Positions 39,827 through 51,200 of a stretch of 64,000 bases of DNA are shown here, in pieces (position 1 is the stretch's first letter; the number at the start of each line of letters is the position of its first letter). A program made the translations under genes and the position numbers. The DNA lies in NCBI GenBank assembly GCA_900318645.1, contig ONLH01000014.1:17064-81063 (forward strand). The letters run 5' to 3'. Source of the DNA: an uncultured Prevotellaceae bacterium (GTDB lineage Bacteria; Bacteroidota; Bacteroidia; Bacteroidales; Muribaculaceae). The notes below the pieces were generated by a model. That model was not told the origin of the DNA and ran no database searches. It saw only the letters and a program-made list of their open reading frames with translations.

Positions 39827-40339
39827 TTATTTGTAACCCATCTTCTCGAGCACCTCGTTGCTCACGTCGATGCGGGGCGAAGCGAAGATGATACTCTGGC
39901 TGCTGGCACGGTCGAAGATAACCTGGAAGCCGCGCTCCTCACATACCTTCTTGCAGGCGTTATACACATCGTCCTGGATGGGCTTGATGAGCGACTGGCG
40001 CTTCTTGAACAGCTCGCCCTGGGGGCCGAAGTACTTGTACTGCAGCTGCTGAGCCTCTTTTTCCTTCTCGGTGATTTCGGCTTCTTTCTTCTTCTTCTGG
40101 TCGTCGGTCAGGAAGACCATGTCGGCCTGATAGTTCTTGTACATGGTGTCGGCCTCCTTCTTGAGCTCGTCCACCTCACGCTGCCAGCGCTGTGATACTT
40201 GGTTCAATTGCTCGTTGGCCATCTCGTAGGCAGGAATATTCTTGAGCACATACTCCATGTCAACAAGAGCAAACTTCTGCGCGTTGGCGGCCATAAAGCC
40301 GGCAACAAGCGCCACTGCGATTAAAACGATTCGTTTCAT
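39827..40339 (-). CDS. ompH: OmpH/Skp outer-membrane chaperone
   Basis: QKFALVDMEYVLKNIPAY...GELFKKRQSLIKPIQD...IFDRAS. Confidence 0.92.
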   Translation of the reverse strand: MKRIVLIAVALVAGFMAANAQKFALVDMEYVLKNIPAYEMANEQLNQVSQRWQREVDELKKEADTMYKNYQADMVFLTDDQKKKKEAEITEKEKEAQQLQYKYFGPQGELFKKRQSLIKPIQDDVYNACKKVCEERGFQVIFDRASSQSIIFASPRIDVSNEVLEKMGYK

Positions 40340-40424
40340 ATCTTTCCTTTCTATTATTTGGTTGTTAAATTCGACTTTTAGACTGCAATTAAGCTAAATC
40401 GTTTATTCGATTAAGTTAACTTTG

Positions 40425-43085
40425 TTAAAATTCCTGACCGAGCACGAAGTGGAAGTTGCTGCCACCCTTCTGGCCATAGACGGTATCGAAACCGTAACCC
40501 CAGTCGATACCCATCATACCGATCATCGGCAGGAAGATGCGGGCGCCCACACCAGCCGAACGCTTGATGTTGAACGGGTTAAAGTCCTTCACATGGGTCC
40601 AGGCATTACCACCCTCAATAAACACGAGCGGATAGATGGTAGCACTCTGGGAGAGCATCAACGGGAAGTGCAACTCAAGGGCAAATCGGTCATAGGCATA
40701 ACCTTCAGAGCCGTAAGGCGTGAAGGCACCGTTCTCATAACCACGCAGGGCAATGGTCTCGGTAGCATAGGTATAGGAACCCGACATACCGTCACCACCC
40801 ACATAGAAGGTCTCGAACGGCGACTTCAACCACTTGTTCCAGCTACCCAACAGACCAAACTCGGCACGGGTCATCAGCACTAGGGTCCAACGGCCGTCAG
40901 GATCGGTGAGCGGCGTGTAGGTTTTAGCCTGGAACTTGAGTTTCCAGTACTCAATCCAGCGGTAGAGCTCCTTCTTGGACTGCTCAGTCTTGCTCTCGCT
41001 CAGGGCCTTCCAGTTCTTCTTGCCGAACAGGCTGGCAGGCGGCGTGGCGTTGAACGACAGCGTGAAGCTGCTGCCTCGACGAGTGTAGAGGGGGTTATCG
41101 ATACTGTTGCGCGACAGGGTCAAGCCCAGAACAATCGAATTGGATACACCGTTCTTCATATAATAAAGGTATTCCCAATTCTTCAGGCTATACCACTGGT
41201 AGCTCAGGCTGGCCATGAAGGTGAAGTAGTCATCGGGCCACTTGAGTCGCTTACCGAAGCCCACCGTCACACCCGCCATCTGCAGGTACTTGTTGGGGTC
41301 GTAGGCGTTCTCGTAGTAGTTGTAGCCACCGTAACCGTTGTAGCCATAACCGTAGCCGCCGTAACCCATACCATAGTAGTTGTTGTACATGTTGTACATC
41401 GCGTTCTGGTACAACTGGCTGTAATAGGACGAGTTGATACCCGTCTGGCGGCTATAGAATGCTGATACCGACAGCGAGTTGGGACGCTTGCCGCCAAACC
41501 ACGGGTCGAGGAACGACACGCTGTAGGCCTGGTAATACTTGGCATTGGTCTGGGCGCTGATGGTAAACGTCTGGCCCTCGCCCTGCGGGATCAGTCCCTT
41601 GTAGGACGACGGGTGCAACAGATTCTGGATGGAGAAGTTGGTGAACTTGAGCGACGCCTTGAGGATGACACCCGTCTGTCCCCAACCGGCACTCAGCTCG
41701 ACTTGGTCGTTGGCTTTACTCTCAAGATTGAGGATGATATCAACGGTACCGTTGTCCTCGTTGGGTTCAGGCCTGATGTCCATCTTCTCGGGGTCGAAAT
41801 GGCCCGTCTGGGCAATCTCACGAGCCGAACGCATGAGGTCCTCCTTGGAGAACAGGTCACCGGGACGCACGCGCAACTCGCGGCGAACGACCTTCTCATA
41901 CAGGCGGTCGTTACCATTGATGACCACCTTGTTGATACGGGCCTGCTTACCCTCAAACATGCGCATCTCCAAGTCAATGCTGTCTCCCTCGATTTTGCTC
42001 TCGATGGGAATCAAGCGATAGAAGAGGTAACCGTTGTTCAGGTAGAGGTTAGACACGGCGTCATCGTCATCGGTAGTGCGCTTGGTCAACAGTTTCTGGT
42101 TATAGACATCGCCCTTCTTGATACCCAGGATTTCATCGAGGATACCCGAGGGATAGACGGTATTACCCACCCATGTGATGTTCGAGATATAGTAACGCTT
42201 ACCCTCATTGACCGTGAGATAAATGTCAACGCTCTTTCCATCATAGGGCACTACACTGTCCTTGACGATAATGGCATCGCGATAACCTTTCTCGTTATAC
42301 TTGTCAATGATGAGTTGCTTGTCTTCCTCATAGTCACTCTGGACAAACTTCTTCTGAGAGAAGATTTTCCAGATGTTGGTCTTCTCGTTGGTCTTCTTCA
42401 TCGTGCGCTTGAGCTTGTTGTCGCTCAGCACCTCGTTGCCGTCGATGTAGATCTTGTGGACCTTGATCTTCTCGTGCTTATCGACATTGATGTTGACGAT
42501 GACCTCGTTCTGCTTGCTCAAGTCAGGCACTTGCACAACCTCACAGGTTGCCTGTCCGAAGCCCTTGTTGGCATAATATTTCTCAACGATAATCTTGATG
42601 CGGTCGGCAATATTGGGCGTCATCTGGCTACCGGGCTGGAAACTCAGGCGCTCCATGATGTCCTTCTTCTCACCACCCTTCATGCCATTATAATTCACCT
42701 GTGAGACACGGGGCTGCTGACGCAGGTTGAATACCAGCCAAGCCTGATCCTGATAGGTCTTCTCGACAAGAATCTGCACCTTGGAGAACAAGCCCTGACG
42801 CCAAAAACGCTTGGCGGCAGCCTTGATGTCGTCACCAGGGATATCTATACGCTGACCCACGGCCAAGCCTGAATAGCCGATGACGATATTCTCGTCATAG
42901 TTATCCACACCCTCGACACGGATACCTGCAATCTCATACTGTGACGGCGATGCCGTGAATATGATTTTAGGGTTATAGATGGTGTCATTGACGGTGTAGG
43001 TCTCCTGGGCACTCATCACGGCAGGAAGGACCGACGCCATAGCCAATGCGGCCAATAATCTATACTTGATACGCTTCATGGACAA
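40425..43085 (-). CDS. bamA: Outer membrane protein assembly factor BamA
   Basis: POTRA repeats, ANDQVELSAGWG, IALRGYEN, terminal FHFVLGQEF. Confidence 0.96.
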   Translation of the reverse strand: MSMKRIKYRLLAALAMASVLPAVMSAQETYTVNDTIYNPKIIFTASPSQYEIAGIRVEGVDNYDENIVIGYSGLAVGQRIDIPGDDIKAAAKRFWRQGLFSKVQILVEKTYQDQAWLVFNLRQQPRVSQVNYNGMKGGEKKDIMERLSFQPGSQMTPNIADRIKIIVEKYYANKGFGQATCEVVQVPDLSKQNEVIVNINVDKHEKIKVHKIYIDGNEVLSDNKLKRTMKKTNEKTNIWKIFSQKKFVQSDYEEDKQLIIDKYNEKGYRDAIIVKDSVVPYDGKSVDIYLTVNEGKRYYISNITWVGNTVYPSGILDEILGIKKGDVYNQKLLTKRTTDDDDAVSNLYLNNGYLFYRLIPIESKIEGDSIDLEMRMFEGKQARINKVVINGNDRLYEKVVRRELRVRPGDLFSKEDLMRSAREIAQTGHFDPEKMDIRPEPNEDNGTVDIILNLESKANDQVELSAGWGQTGVILKASLKFTNFSIQNLLHPSSYKGLIPQGEGQTFTISAQTNAKYYQAYSVSFLDPWFGGKRPNSLSVSAFYSRQTGINSSYYSQLYQNAMYNMYNNYYGMGYGGYGYGYNGYGGYNYYENAYDPNKYLQMAGVTVGFGKRLKWPDDYFTFMASLSYQWYSLKNWEYLYYMKNGVSNSIVLGLTLSRNSIDNPLYTRRGSSFTLSFNATPPASLFGKKNWKALSESKTEQSKKELYRWIEYWKLKFQAKTYTPLTDPDGRWTLVLMTRAEFGLLGSWNKWLKSPFETFYVGGDGMSGSYTYATETIALRGYENGAFTPYGSEGYAYDRFALELHFPLMLSQSATIYPLVFIEGGNAWTHVKDFNPFNIKRSAGVGARIFLPMIGMMGIDWGYGFDTVYGQKGGSNFHFVLGQEF

Positions 43086-43087
43086 TT

Positions 43088-43855
43088 TTACTCTTGATTA
43101 TCGCTGTTTACTTGTTCGCTCGTTTTACCGTAGCGGCGCTCGCGCGCCTGGAAGTCGGCTATCGCCTCGACAAAGTCTTCCTTGGTAAAATCGGGCCAAT
43201 ATTTTGAAGTGAAGTAAAGTTCGCTATAGGCTATCTGCCATAACAGATAGTTGCTCACACGCAGGTCACCACCAGTGCGGATAAGCAGGTCAGGATCGGG
43301 CATGTCGGCCGTCGCCAGATGGGCCGCGAACAACTCGTCATCGATGTTGTTGGGGTTCAAGGTGCCATTGAGGGCTTCACGCGCCATGCGGCGACAAGCC
43401 TCGATGATTTCCCAGCGAGACGAATAGCTCAATGCCAGGCACAGCACCAGTCCCGTGCAGTGCCCTGTGTCCTGCATGCACTTGCGCAGGCGGTTGGCGG
43501 CAAACTCGGGCATGCGTTCCATGTCACCGATAGTTGTCAGGCGCACGTTGTTCTTGATCAGGTCGGGGGTCTGTTTCTCAATGCTCACCACGATGAGGTT
43601 CATCAAGGCATCTACCTCGTCCTGCGGCCGGTTCCAGTTTTCGGTCGAGAAGGTATAGAGTGTCAGATATTTCACACCCACCTCGCTGGCAATCTCGGTA
43701 GCCTGACGCACGGTATCCACACCGTTTTCATGCCCGAAGCTGCGCTCCTGGCCATGCTGTTTGGCCCAACGGCCATTACCATCCATGATGATGGCCACAT
43801 GGCGCGGTATGCGCTTCGGGTCCAGCTGCTGTATTTTGTCGCTTAGTGATGACAT
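43088..43855 (-). CDS. uppS: Isoprenyl transferase (undecaprenyl diphosphate synthase)
   Basis: [47 protein letters not shown]. Confidence 0.97.
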   Translation of the reverse strand: MSSLSDKIQQLDPKRIPRHVAIIMDGNGRWAKQHGQERSFGHENGVDTVRQATEIASEVGVKYLTLYTFSTENWNRPQDEVDALMNLIVVSIEKQTPDLIKNNVRLTTIGDMERMPEFAANRLRKCMQDTGHCTGLVLCLALSYSSRWEIIEACRRMAREALNGTLNPNNIDDELFAAHLATADMPDPDLLIRTGGDLRVSNYLLWQIAYSELYFTSKYWPDFTKEDFVEAIADFQARERRYGKTSEQVNSDNQE

Positions 43856-43862
43856 AGCGTTA

Positions 43863-44531
43863 TTATTCTATATAGTTACACTTGATGCAGCGCTTGCCAA
43901 ACTCGTAAGCCACCGTGAACGTGGCAAATGAATACCAGTCGGTGTTTTTGGCAAACGAATGCTTAATGTCGAACATATCACTGTAACCGTCAATGCGGTC
44001 GCTAAATTCCTTGCGCATGGTAAATTCAAAGCCCAGGTTTAAGCGGTCCTTGAGTTTGTACTTCACGCCGATGCCGAAGGGGATAGTGAACGACGCCTGA
44101 TTGTGACCGTCACAAATGGCGAACACAAAGCCCACACCAGCAACCATATAGGGAGAGATGCGCTTGTATTTCTTGTAGGCGGGACCGATGCCGTAGTTCA
44201 GGAAATTGAACTCAGCCGTCAGTCCTAAGTCGATCAAGTGGGACGACATCTTGTAATTGGCGCCGTCGGGGTACCATGACTCGTCATCCTTGCTGTCGCC
44301 ACGAATGTTGGCATAATTCAAGTTGGCCTTGAATGCCCACCGGCTGTTGTGTGCATATCGGAAGAGCCCACCGATGGTAAAACTGGGGTGCTTGAACAAG
44401 TTGCCGTTATTGGTCTCTCCAAGGTAGCCAGTCATACCCAACAAGGGTCCCACCTCATACTTGTATTGCTGCGCCATCACGGGCAGTGCGGCAAGCATCA
44501 AGAACAATGATATGATCAACGATTTCTTCAT
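43863..44531 (-). CDS. DUF6089/PorT-like outer-membrane beta-barrel protein
   Basis: ATG 44531; [40 protein letters not shown]-terminal KRCIKCN; conserved position before uppS. Confidence 0.75.
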   Translation of the reverse strand: MKKSLIISLFLMLAALPVMAQQYKYEVGPLLGMTGYLGETNNGNLFKHPSFTIGGLFRYAHNSRWAFKANLNYANIRGDSKDDESWYPDGANYKMSSHLIDLGLTAEFNFLNYGIGPAYKKYKRISPYMVAGVGFVFAICDGHNQASFTIPFGIGVKYKLKDRLNLGFEFTMRKEFSDRIDGYSDMFDIKHSFAKNTDWYSFATFTVAYEFGKRCIKCNYIE

Positions 44532-44536
44532 CAGCC

Positions 44537-46039
44537 TTAATAAACAGGATAGTTGGTCATACGCAGGTAAACACCGCGCCAAACGTTGGGCAATAGCTCA
44601 TCCTCACTGTTGTAACCGCCAAAGAGATAAATGAAGGGACATTCCCACTTGCCGTCCAACGTGCTGACTCGGCGAGGCATGTTGCTGGCAGCGCTGGTGG
44701 TGAGCGTCTCGGTGGCAACAAAGGCCTGTGCAGCATAGAACGGTGTGATGTGGCCTGCCTGAGCCAGAGTGGAATCATTACCTGCCTTCCAGGTGATGCC
44801 TTGTGTCGAGGACAGGTAGATCTTGCTGTTCAAGTCGCCGTTCTCAAGTCGGCCACCCATGAGGAACCAGGTGGGCTGAAGGCCATAACGGCGCGTACCA
44901 GCCAAGGATCTGTAAGTGAAGTAGGAAAACAGTGTGGCATCGGCAATAGCAGGGAGTTTTGAGTTCTGTGCATTGTTTACCTTACCCCACAGAATGCCGT
45001 CATAGCCCCATACATTGCTCAAAATCTTGCCGTTACAGTCAACTCCACCCACAATGATGGCCTGCTGGGAAATGGTCCAGTCGTTCTCGGTAACAATCAT
45101 GTTGGACGCGTGATCAACAGGGAAACCTTCTTCCACGGGCGATGCATCAAAGCCTTCGGGACGTGGATATTCATCGTGATAATAACCGTCGGCAGTCGAT
45201 ACGATGCCAAGCACGCGGCCTTCATACACACCAAGCAGGCTGTGCCAGGTCACGCCACATGAGGCCCATTCAATACCATCGGCTGACATATAAAGGACGC
45301 CATCGCCGTCAAGCATATACAGCGCATCGTCGCTGGCAACAAGGGTATTCACCATCGGTTCAAACGGCAGCGAGAGCGTCTCTTTTTCCCATTCGCCTTG
45401 ATTGGGGGCTGTAGCGGTCAACAGGGTGCAGTTCAAACCGTCAAAAGCCAACGCACGGTACATTTCGTCTTGCTTGACAACCTTGATTGACCGCGTTCCG
45501 CTGGCATATCCCGGCAGGTCACGACGCCAATTCATGGGCCACACGAGCGAGTCGGGATTGACCTTGTGGACAAGCACCTTCACCTCATAATCCTTGACCG
45601 ACTGCTCATCGGCCGATGTCACGGTGAGGACAGCCTTGCCTGTAAAGTCAAGACTCTGGGTCATCGATGTCGTGTAATTAATGGTCGTGTCGGCCTGACT
45701 GGTTGCCCCGGTGATGGAGAATATCGCCGATTTAACCGTATTGAGGAAATTAACCGTTACCTTCAAGGCCGAGATATCAGTACCCACGGGCAACGAGTCG
45801 GCATTATAGATCAAGCCGTTGTCATAGTCAATCGTGAAGTGTACCGAGTCCAAATTGGCCAACACTTCATTATTGGTCTGTAGAGCGAACCCCGTCACGA
45901 GGGTCGTCTGCTTACTGGTGCTGTAAGTAAAGGCGTCATCGTCATCTTTATCATTCTTGTTACAAGAAACAAACACCGACAGCGATGGCAGCATCAATGC
46001 CAGCATCAGTATGAAGTATAGCGGATGTCTTTTTATCAT
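44537..46039 (-). CDS. DUF6242 domain lipoprotein
   Basis: Lipobox VSCNKND; FTIDYDNGLIYNADSLPVGTD; YEVKVLVHKVNPDSLVW; synteny between ribD and uppS. Confidence 0.78.
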   Translation of the reverse strand: MIKRHPLYFILMLALMLPSLSVFVSCNKNDKDDDDAFTYSTSKQTTLVTGFALQTNNEVLANLDSVHFTIDYDNGLIYNADSLPVGTDISALKVTVNFLNTVKSAIFSITGATSQADTTINYTTSMTQSLDFTGKAVLTVTSADEQSVKDYEVKVLVHKVNPDSLVWPMNWRRDLPGYASGTRSIKVVKQDEMYRALAFDGLNCTLLTATAPNQGEWEKETLSLPFEPMVNTLVASDDALYMLDGDGVLYMSADGIEWASCGVTWHSLLGVYEGRVLGIVSTADGYYHDEYPRPEGFDASPVEEGFPVDHASNMIVTENDWTISQQAIIVGGVDCNGKILSNVWGYDGILWGKVNNAQNSKLPAIADATLFSYFTYRSLAGTRRYGLQPTWFLMGGRLENGDLNSKIYLSSTQGITWKAGNDSTLAQAGHITPFYAAQAFVATETLTTSAASNMPRRVSTLDGKWECPFIYLFGGYNSEDELLPNVWRGVYLRMTNYPVY

Positions 46040-46247
46040 TATGTTTTTTTATCGTTCTTTGTATTACAAACGGCAAAATTACAAAAAAATTCGGTCTCAC
46101 ACGGGATTTTTGACATTATTAAGAAAAGAGACCACCATTTTTGAGGGGTAAAGGTACTATATCACGGGCACACGCCGTGCACCCGTTAAAGATAATAAAC
46201 GATAAAACATGGTTTTTTACACCTTTTTAACGAACAAACGCTCCCGT

Positions 46248-47288
46248 TTATAGGTCTGATGGCATGAGCAGGGTGATGGAATTGCCGTCGATGACGCGGT
46301 GGGCAATTTGATGACCGGTTATGTGAGGGGCTACGACGCCCTGCCCCACCCTGCGGGGGCTTGTCTCGATGCGGGCTTCGTCCCAGACACCTGCCTCAAT
46401 CATGCACTGGAGCACCCTTGTACCTCCCTCAACCATGACGCTGGTCACCTTGCGGCGATATAAATCTTCAAGCCATGCTTGTGGTGAGGCGGTATCCATT
46501 TGGACGTATTCCACAGCCCCGACAGTTTCATTTTTCACACCGTTATAGACGATGGTGGGCAGGCCGTCGGTGAGCAGATTTAGGTTGTCAGGAATTGACA
46601 AGTTGCGCGATAGAATCACGCGTAGCGGTGACCTGCCGGGCCAGTAACGGGTGGTCAATGAGGGGTTGTCGATGCGGGCGGTGCTGGCACCCACGACAAT
46701 GGCATCACACAAGGCACGCTGGCGGTGCATCAGCCGCATGGTTACGGGGGTGGACATGTGCAGGGGATTCTCTCCTGCCTCGGGCGGCAAGGCGATAAAG
46801 CCGTCGGCAGTCTGCGCCCACTTGAGCTGCACCCATGGGCGGCCTAAAGTGTGTGCCGTCATGAAACGTCGGTTCAACTCACGGCATTCCTGTTCCAGCA
46901 CACCGACAATAACCTCTACCCCAGCCTCTTGCAGCATCTTCACACCACGTCCTGCCACCTTGACAAAGGGGTCCAGGCATCCCACCACCACACGAGGGAT
47001 GCCTCGCTCAATGATCAGGTTGGCACAGGGTGGCGTCTTGCCATAGTGAGAGCACGGTTCCAGCGTCACATATAGCGTGCTGTCCTTCAGCAGACTATCA
47101 TCGGCAACGCTGGCCACAGCATTGACCTCGGCATGGGCCTCACCACACTTGCGGTGCCAGCCCTCGCCGATGATTTTACCGCCGGGACCGACAATCACGG
47201 CGCCCACCATGGGATTGGGTGATGTGTGCCCTGCTCCAAGCCGCGCCAACTGCAGCGCTCGCCTCATGTATTTCTCTTCTACTATCAT
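46248..47288 (-). CDS. ribD: Bifunctional riboflavin deaminase/reductase
   Basis: PNPMVGAV, HAEVNA, TLEPCSHYGKTPPC, LKWAQTADG, VEGG. Confidence 0.96.
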   Translation of the reverse strand: MIVEEKYMRRALQLARLGAGHTSPNPMVGAVIVGPGGKIIGEGWHRKCGEAHAEVNAVASVADDSLLKDSTLYVTLEPCSHYGKTPPCANLIIERGIPRVVVGCLDPFVKVAGRGVKMLQEAGVEVIVGVLEQECRELNRRFMTAHTLGRPWVQLKWAQTADGFIALPPEAGENPLHMSTPVTMRLMHRQRALCDAIVVGASTARIDNPSLTTRYWPGRSPLRVILSRNLSIPDNLNLLTDGLPTIVYNGVKNETVGAVEYVQMDTASPQAWLEDLYRRKVTSVMVEGGTRVLQCMIEAGVWDEARIETSPRRVGQGVVAPHITGHQIAHRVIDGNSITLLMPSDL

Positions 47289-47346
47289 TTACCAGTAGTG
47301 AAAAAGGTCTTTAAGGACTTTAACGTCGTTAGGGACCTTAAAGTCG

Positions 47347-48189
47347 TTAAACAGAGATGGCAGCAGTAAAGCGCACCTTGCCGTAGCTATCCTCGATGAT
47401 TCGCACCTCGTCCAAGCCGTTATCCTGCATCAGGCGCTTCACCTCATTGCCAAAGCGCTGATTGATTTCAAGATACAGTTTGCCGCCGCGCTCCAGCGAT
47501 TGGGCGGCATAGGGAACTATCGCCTTGTAGAACAGCAGCGGGTCGTTGTCGGGGACGAACAGGGCTTGTCCCGGCTCATAATCCTTGACGTTGCGGTCCA
47601 TCGCCTCGCGCTCACTCCAGCACACATAGGGCGGATTGCTCACGATGATGTCATAGCGGGCGGCAGGCTGCGGCGAGAGCATATCGCTCTCAAAGAACCG
47701 CACTTTGACTTTGAGGTCAGCAGCATTCTTCCGAGCCACTTCTAGGGCGTCACGCGAGACGTCAAGAGCATCGACCTGGGCAAATTTCAGTGCCCTCGCC
47801 AGTGAGATGGCGATGCAGCCGCTGCCAGTGCCCATGTCCAACACCCGCAGGTCGCTGCCCTCGTTCTCGTCGATGATCAAGTCCACGAGTTGCTCGGTCT
47901 CGGGGCGAGGTATGAGCACAGCAGGCGTCACCTTGAAACGGTGGCCATGGAAACGGGCACTACCCACGATGTACTGCAACGGCTCGTGACGGCGCAGGCG
48001 GGCAATGATATCGGCAATGCGCTCGGGAGCAAAGTCGGGCAGTTCGCTCTCCTGACGCAGGGCGACATCTACCGGGTCGTAGTTAAAGACATCCTCGCAG
48101 ATGACACGTATCATCGCCTGCACTTCCTGAGGCTCGGCTATGCCAGCAAGCCCGTTCCTGAGTTGTTCAATAGCTTCCTTAAGTATCAT
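47347..48189 (-). CDS. prmC: Release factor glutamine methyltransferase
   Basis: EPLQYIVG, VLIPRPETE, LDMGTGSGCIA, SNPPY. Confidence 0.96.
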   Translation of the reverse strand: MILKEAIEQLRNGLAGIAEPQEVQAMIRVICEDVFNYDPVDVALRQESELPDFAPERIADIIARLRRHEPLQYIVGSARFHGHRFKVTPAVLIPRPETEQLVDLIIDENEGSDLRVLDMGTGSGCIAISLARALKFAQVDALDVSRDALEVARKNAADLKVKVRFFESDMLSPQPAARYDIIVSNPPYVCWSEREAMDRNVKDYEPGQALFVPDNDPLLFYKAIVPYAAQSLERGGKLYLEINQRFGNEVKRLMQDNGLDEVRIIEDSYGKVRFTAAISV

Positions 48190-48230
48190 ATTTCAGTTTT
48201 CAGTTTTCAGTTTTTAGTTGGCAGTTGTAC

Positions 48231-51200
48231 TTAGTTTTTTCGGATGAAGTTATAGTCGCCTGTGATGTCGTTGAAATAGACATCATAGATACCCTCCTTG
48301 ACCGGCACATTCATGCCATTTTGAACACTCCTGCCCCATGGGAACTGATTGGTGCCCCAGTTGAAGTCCCAATTATTATCGGCTGCAAATTTGATTTCTT
48401 CATCTGCAGTAACGATGAAATCCCTGAAAAACCAGTCGTGGTTCTCCTTCTCGGGATTGAGGTCTTCCATGTTGTAGTCTTGGATGGTCACATCCCAGTA
48501 ACAGTGAGGGCCAACGATAATAATTGATTGATACACCCCGGCACTAGAGCCATCATAGGGCGTAATGCTGAATTCATCGGTCCTGGTATCCAAGGTGATG
48601 GTATAATAACCGCTGTTTTCCATAGTGATAGCACTATTGCCAACATTAAGAGCGCCACGAACATAGTTTCCATTATTGTCAACGGTCCAACCATCGTCCC
48701 ACCTGCCAGGCGTGTGCACGAGGAAGAAGGCATCAGTTCCTCCGAAATAGCCCGTATAGGTGAGCACGCCACGGCCTTGACTGTTAAACTCGCCGAGCGG
48801 GTACAGTGGAATCAGGCCTCTACCGATACTGCTCTCACTATTCATCCACGGGGTGCTTCCTATAGAAGAGCCCATCAGGTACCACATGTCCATAGGTACA
48901 GGTTCTGGCCAGTTGCCACTCAGCAGATAATTGATCAGAGCGGTCACGTCACTGATATTCACCTTGCCATCTTCATTTGCGTCGGCAGCGTTCACGTTCA
49001 CAACGGCAGCATTGCCACTGAGCAGGTAGTTGATGAGAGCGGTCACATCGCTGATGTTGACTTTTCCATCGTCGTTCACGTCACCGCGAGTAAATTCTAC
49101 GGGGAAAATGGTCTCGGTGATATGGTTGAACTTTTTCCAGACATTGGCTTGACGGTATGCCGCGGCACAGCCGTTAGGGACGTTCAGCCAGACATTGCTG
49201 TAGTGGGCAGGGATAAAGGGTTCATAGTATTGAGACGTGTGTGAATCTATATGGGTCAGACACGTGGGTGGCGTCGTTGCTTTGACGTTAAGTGTCGATA
49301 GGGTCGGCACGTTATAGAAGGCATTGTAGCCCAACTCGGTGAGCGTAGCTGGCAGGTCAACAAGCGACAACGAGGTGCAACCGTTGAAGGCGCTGTTGCC
49401 AATGGTCGTCACACCGTGGGGCACAGCCACCTCGGTCAACGACGAGCAGTCAAGGAAAGCAGAATGTTCTATCCGCCTAAGGCTCTTAGGCATAAAGACA
49501 GCCGTCAATGCCGTTGCGCCACGGAATGCTTCGTAATCGACGACCTGTGTACCATCGGGCACGGTATAGATTGTACTATGACCATCGGCAAAGGCCACCA
49601 GCCGCTTTTTGTCCTTGGAGAAAAGAATGCCGTCCACACTGCAATACTTGGGGTTAGCGCTTGAGACATTGATCGCTTGCAAGGCTGGATCATAACAGAA
49701 GGCGTCATTTCTGATACTGTCCACGCTGGCAGGGATGTCCACACTAGTCAATTTGTTGATGTGGGAGAAGGCATAACCCTTAATTTGCTTGACGCCATCC
49801 CTCAAGATGAGTTTCTCGAGATTGGCACAATTATAGAAACTGTAATCATCAATCAACTGGACGGTGAAGGGGACCTCGGCACGAATCATCTTGTTGATGT
49901 GTGCAAAGATATGGTCCTGCATCTCGGTCACAGTATAGAGCTGGCCCAGGTAAGCCACCTTAGGGGAGATGCCCGGATCCACCAGGTCATTGCTGGTGAT
50001 TCCACTCAACTTGACGTTCGGGTTGCTGTTAAGCACAGTGAACGTGAGGCTATCGACGGTGAACGTGTTGCCACTCGACAGGGGTGAAATCTGACTGACA
50101 TTGTATTGGAATACTTGAGAGTTCCAGTTCATCGACTGGTAGGTGCCCACCGCATTGCCAGGTACAAAAATATCTGTTGCGTCTAAATTGGCTCCCACAC
50201 CATAGAAGGCGTTGCCTCCTAACTGAGGAGGTGTTGCGCCGGCAAAGGTGATTTCCTTAAGTTCAAAATCCATCTGGAAGGCCAAGGCTGCAATATAGTT
50301 GAGTGTCGATGGCAGGTAGATGCTATTAAGGTTATCGCAACTGGCAAAAGCATTGGTTTCGATTCTCTCCAATCCCTCGTCAATGACCAGTCGCTCCAGA
50401 CCAGAATACATAAATGTCTGTTCGTCAATCACTTTGACACTTCCTGGAATATAAACAGACTTGAGGAGAAAACTGTTGGAAAATGCGTTATAGCAGATTG
50501 AATCGGCTGAATTCAGTACGGAGTAGTGCTTATCGGGGCGCCCACATGGATATTGCAAAAGCAGCTTGCCACCACTGGTGTACAAGACGCCATCATCACT
50601 CATGTAGTTCTGATTCCCGTCAGCTACATCTATGCGTACCAACGAGGCGCAATAGCACAAGAAGTTATTGCCAATATCATTAACACTGGCAGGGATGGTG
50701 AATGTGGTCAATTGATCGCAAGAAGCAAATGCCCAAGAACCGATTGTCGTGACGCCTTCGGGCAGGGTCACCGATTCCAGCTGAAGACAACTGATGAACG
50801 CTCTAGGCATGATGATTTTCACCCCGGCAGGAATCTGATAGAAAGAACCACTCTTATTGGACGGGTATTGCAACAGGGTATCCATTGCTGCAGAGTACAA
50901 TACACCATCCAGGGAACAGTAATGCGTGTTGGCACTGTTGACGTTGATGGCGGTCAATGAGGTGCAATCAGCCAGAATACCCAGTTCAATGGTTGTCACA
51001 CTGGCAGGAATCATGATTGACTCCAGTGCCGAACAGTTCTCAAAAGCATTGTTCCGGATAGCCTCGACGCCTTCTTGAATAGTGACAGACTGCAGACTCT
51101 CACAACCATAGAAGGAAAAATAGGATATTTCCTTGGCAGAGCCTGGAATCGTGATGGATGTCAAAGCCGTACAGTAGGTGAAGCACTGACGAGGAATACT

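Noticed and set aside
46143-46187. ggggtaaaggtact match to the 118-bp repeat loop plus a small GC hairpin
   Set aside because: Only a ~14-bp similarity without the palindromic arms; probably chance or an ordinary ribD terminator
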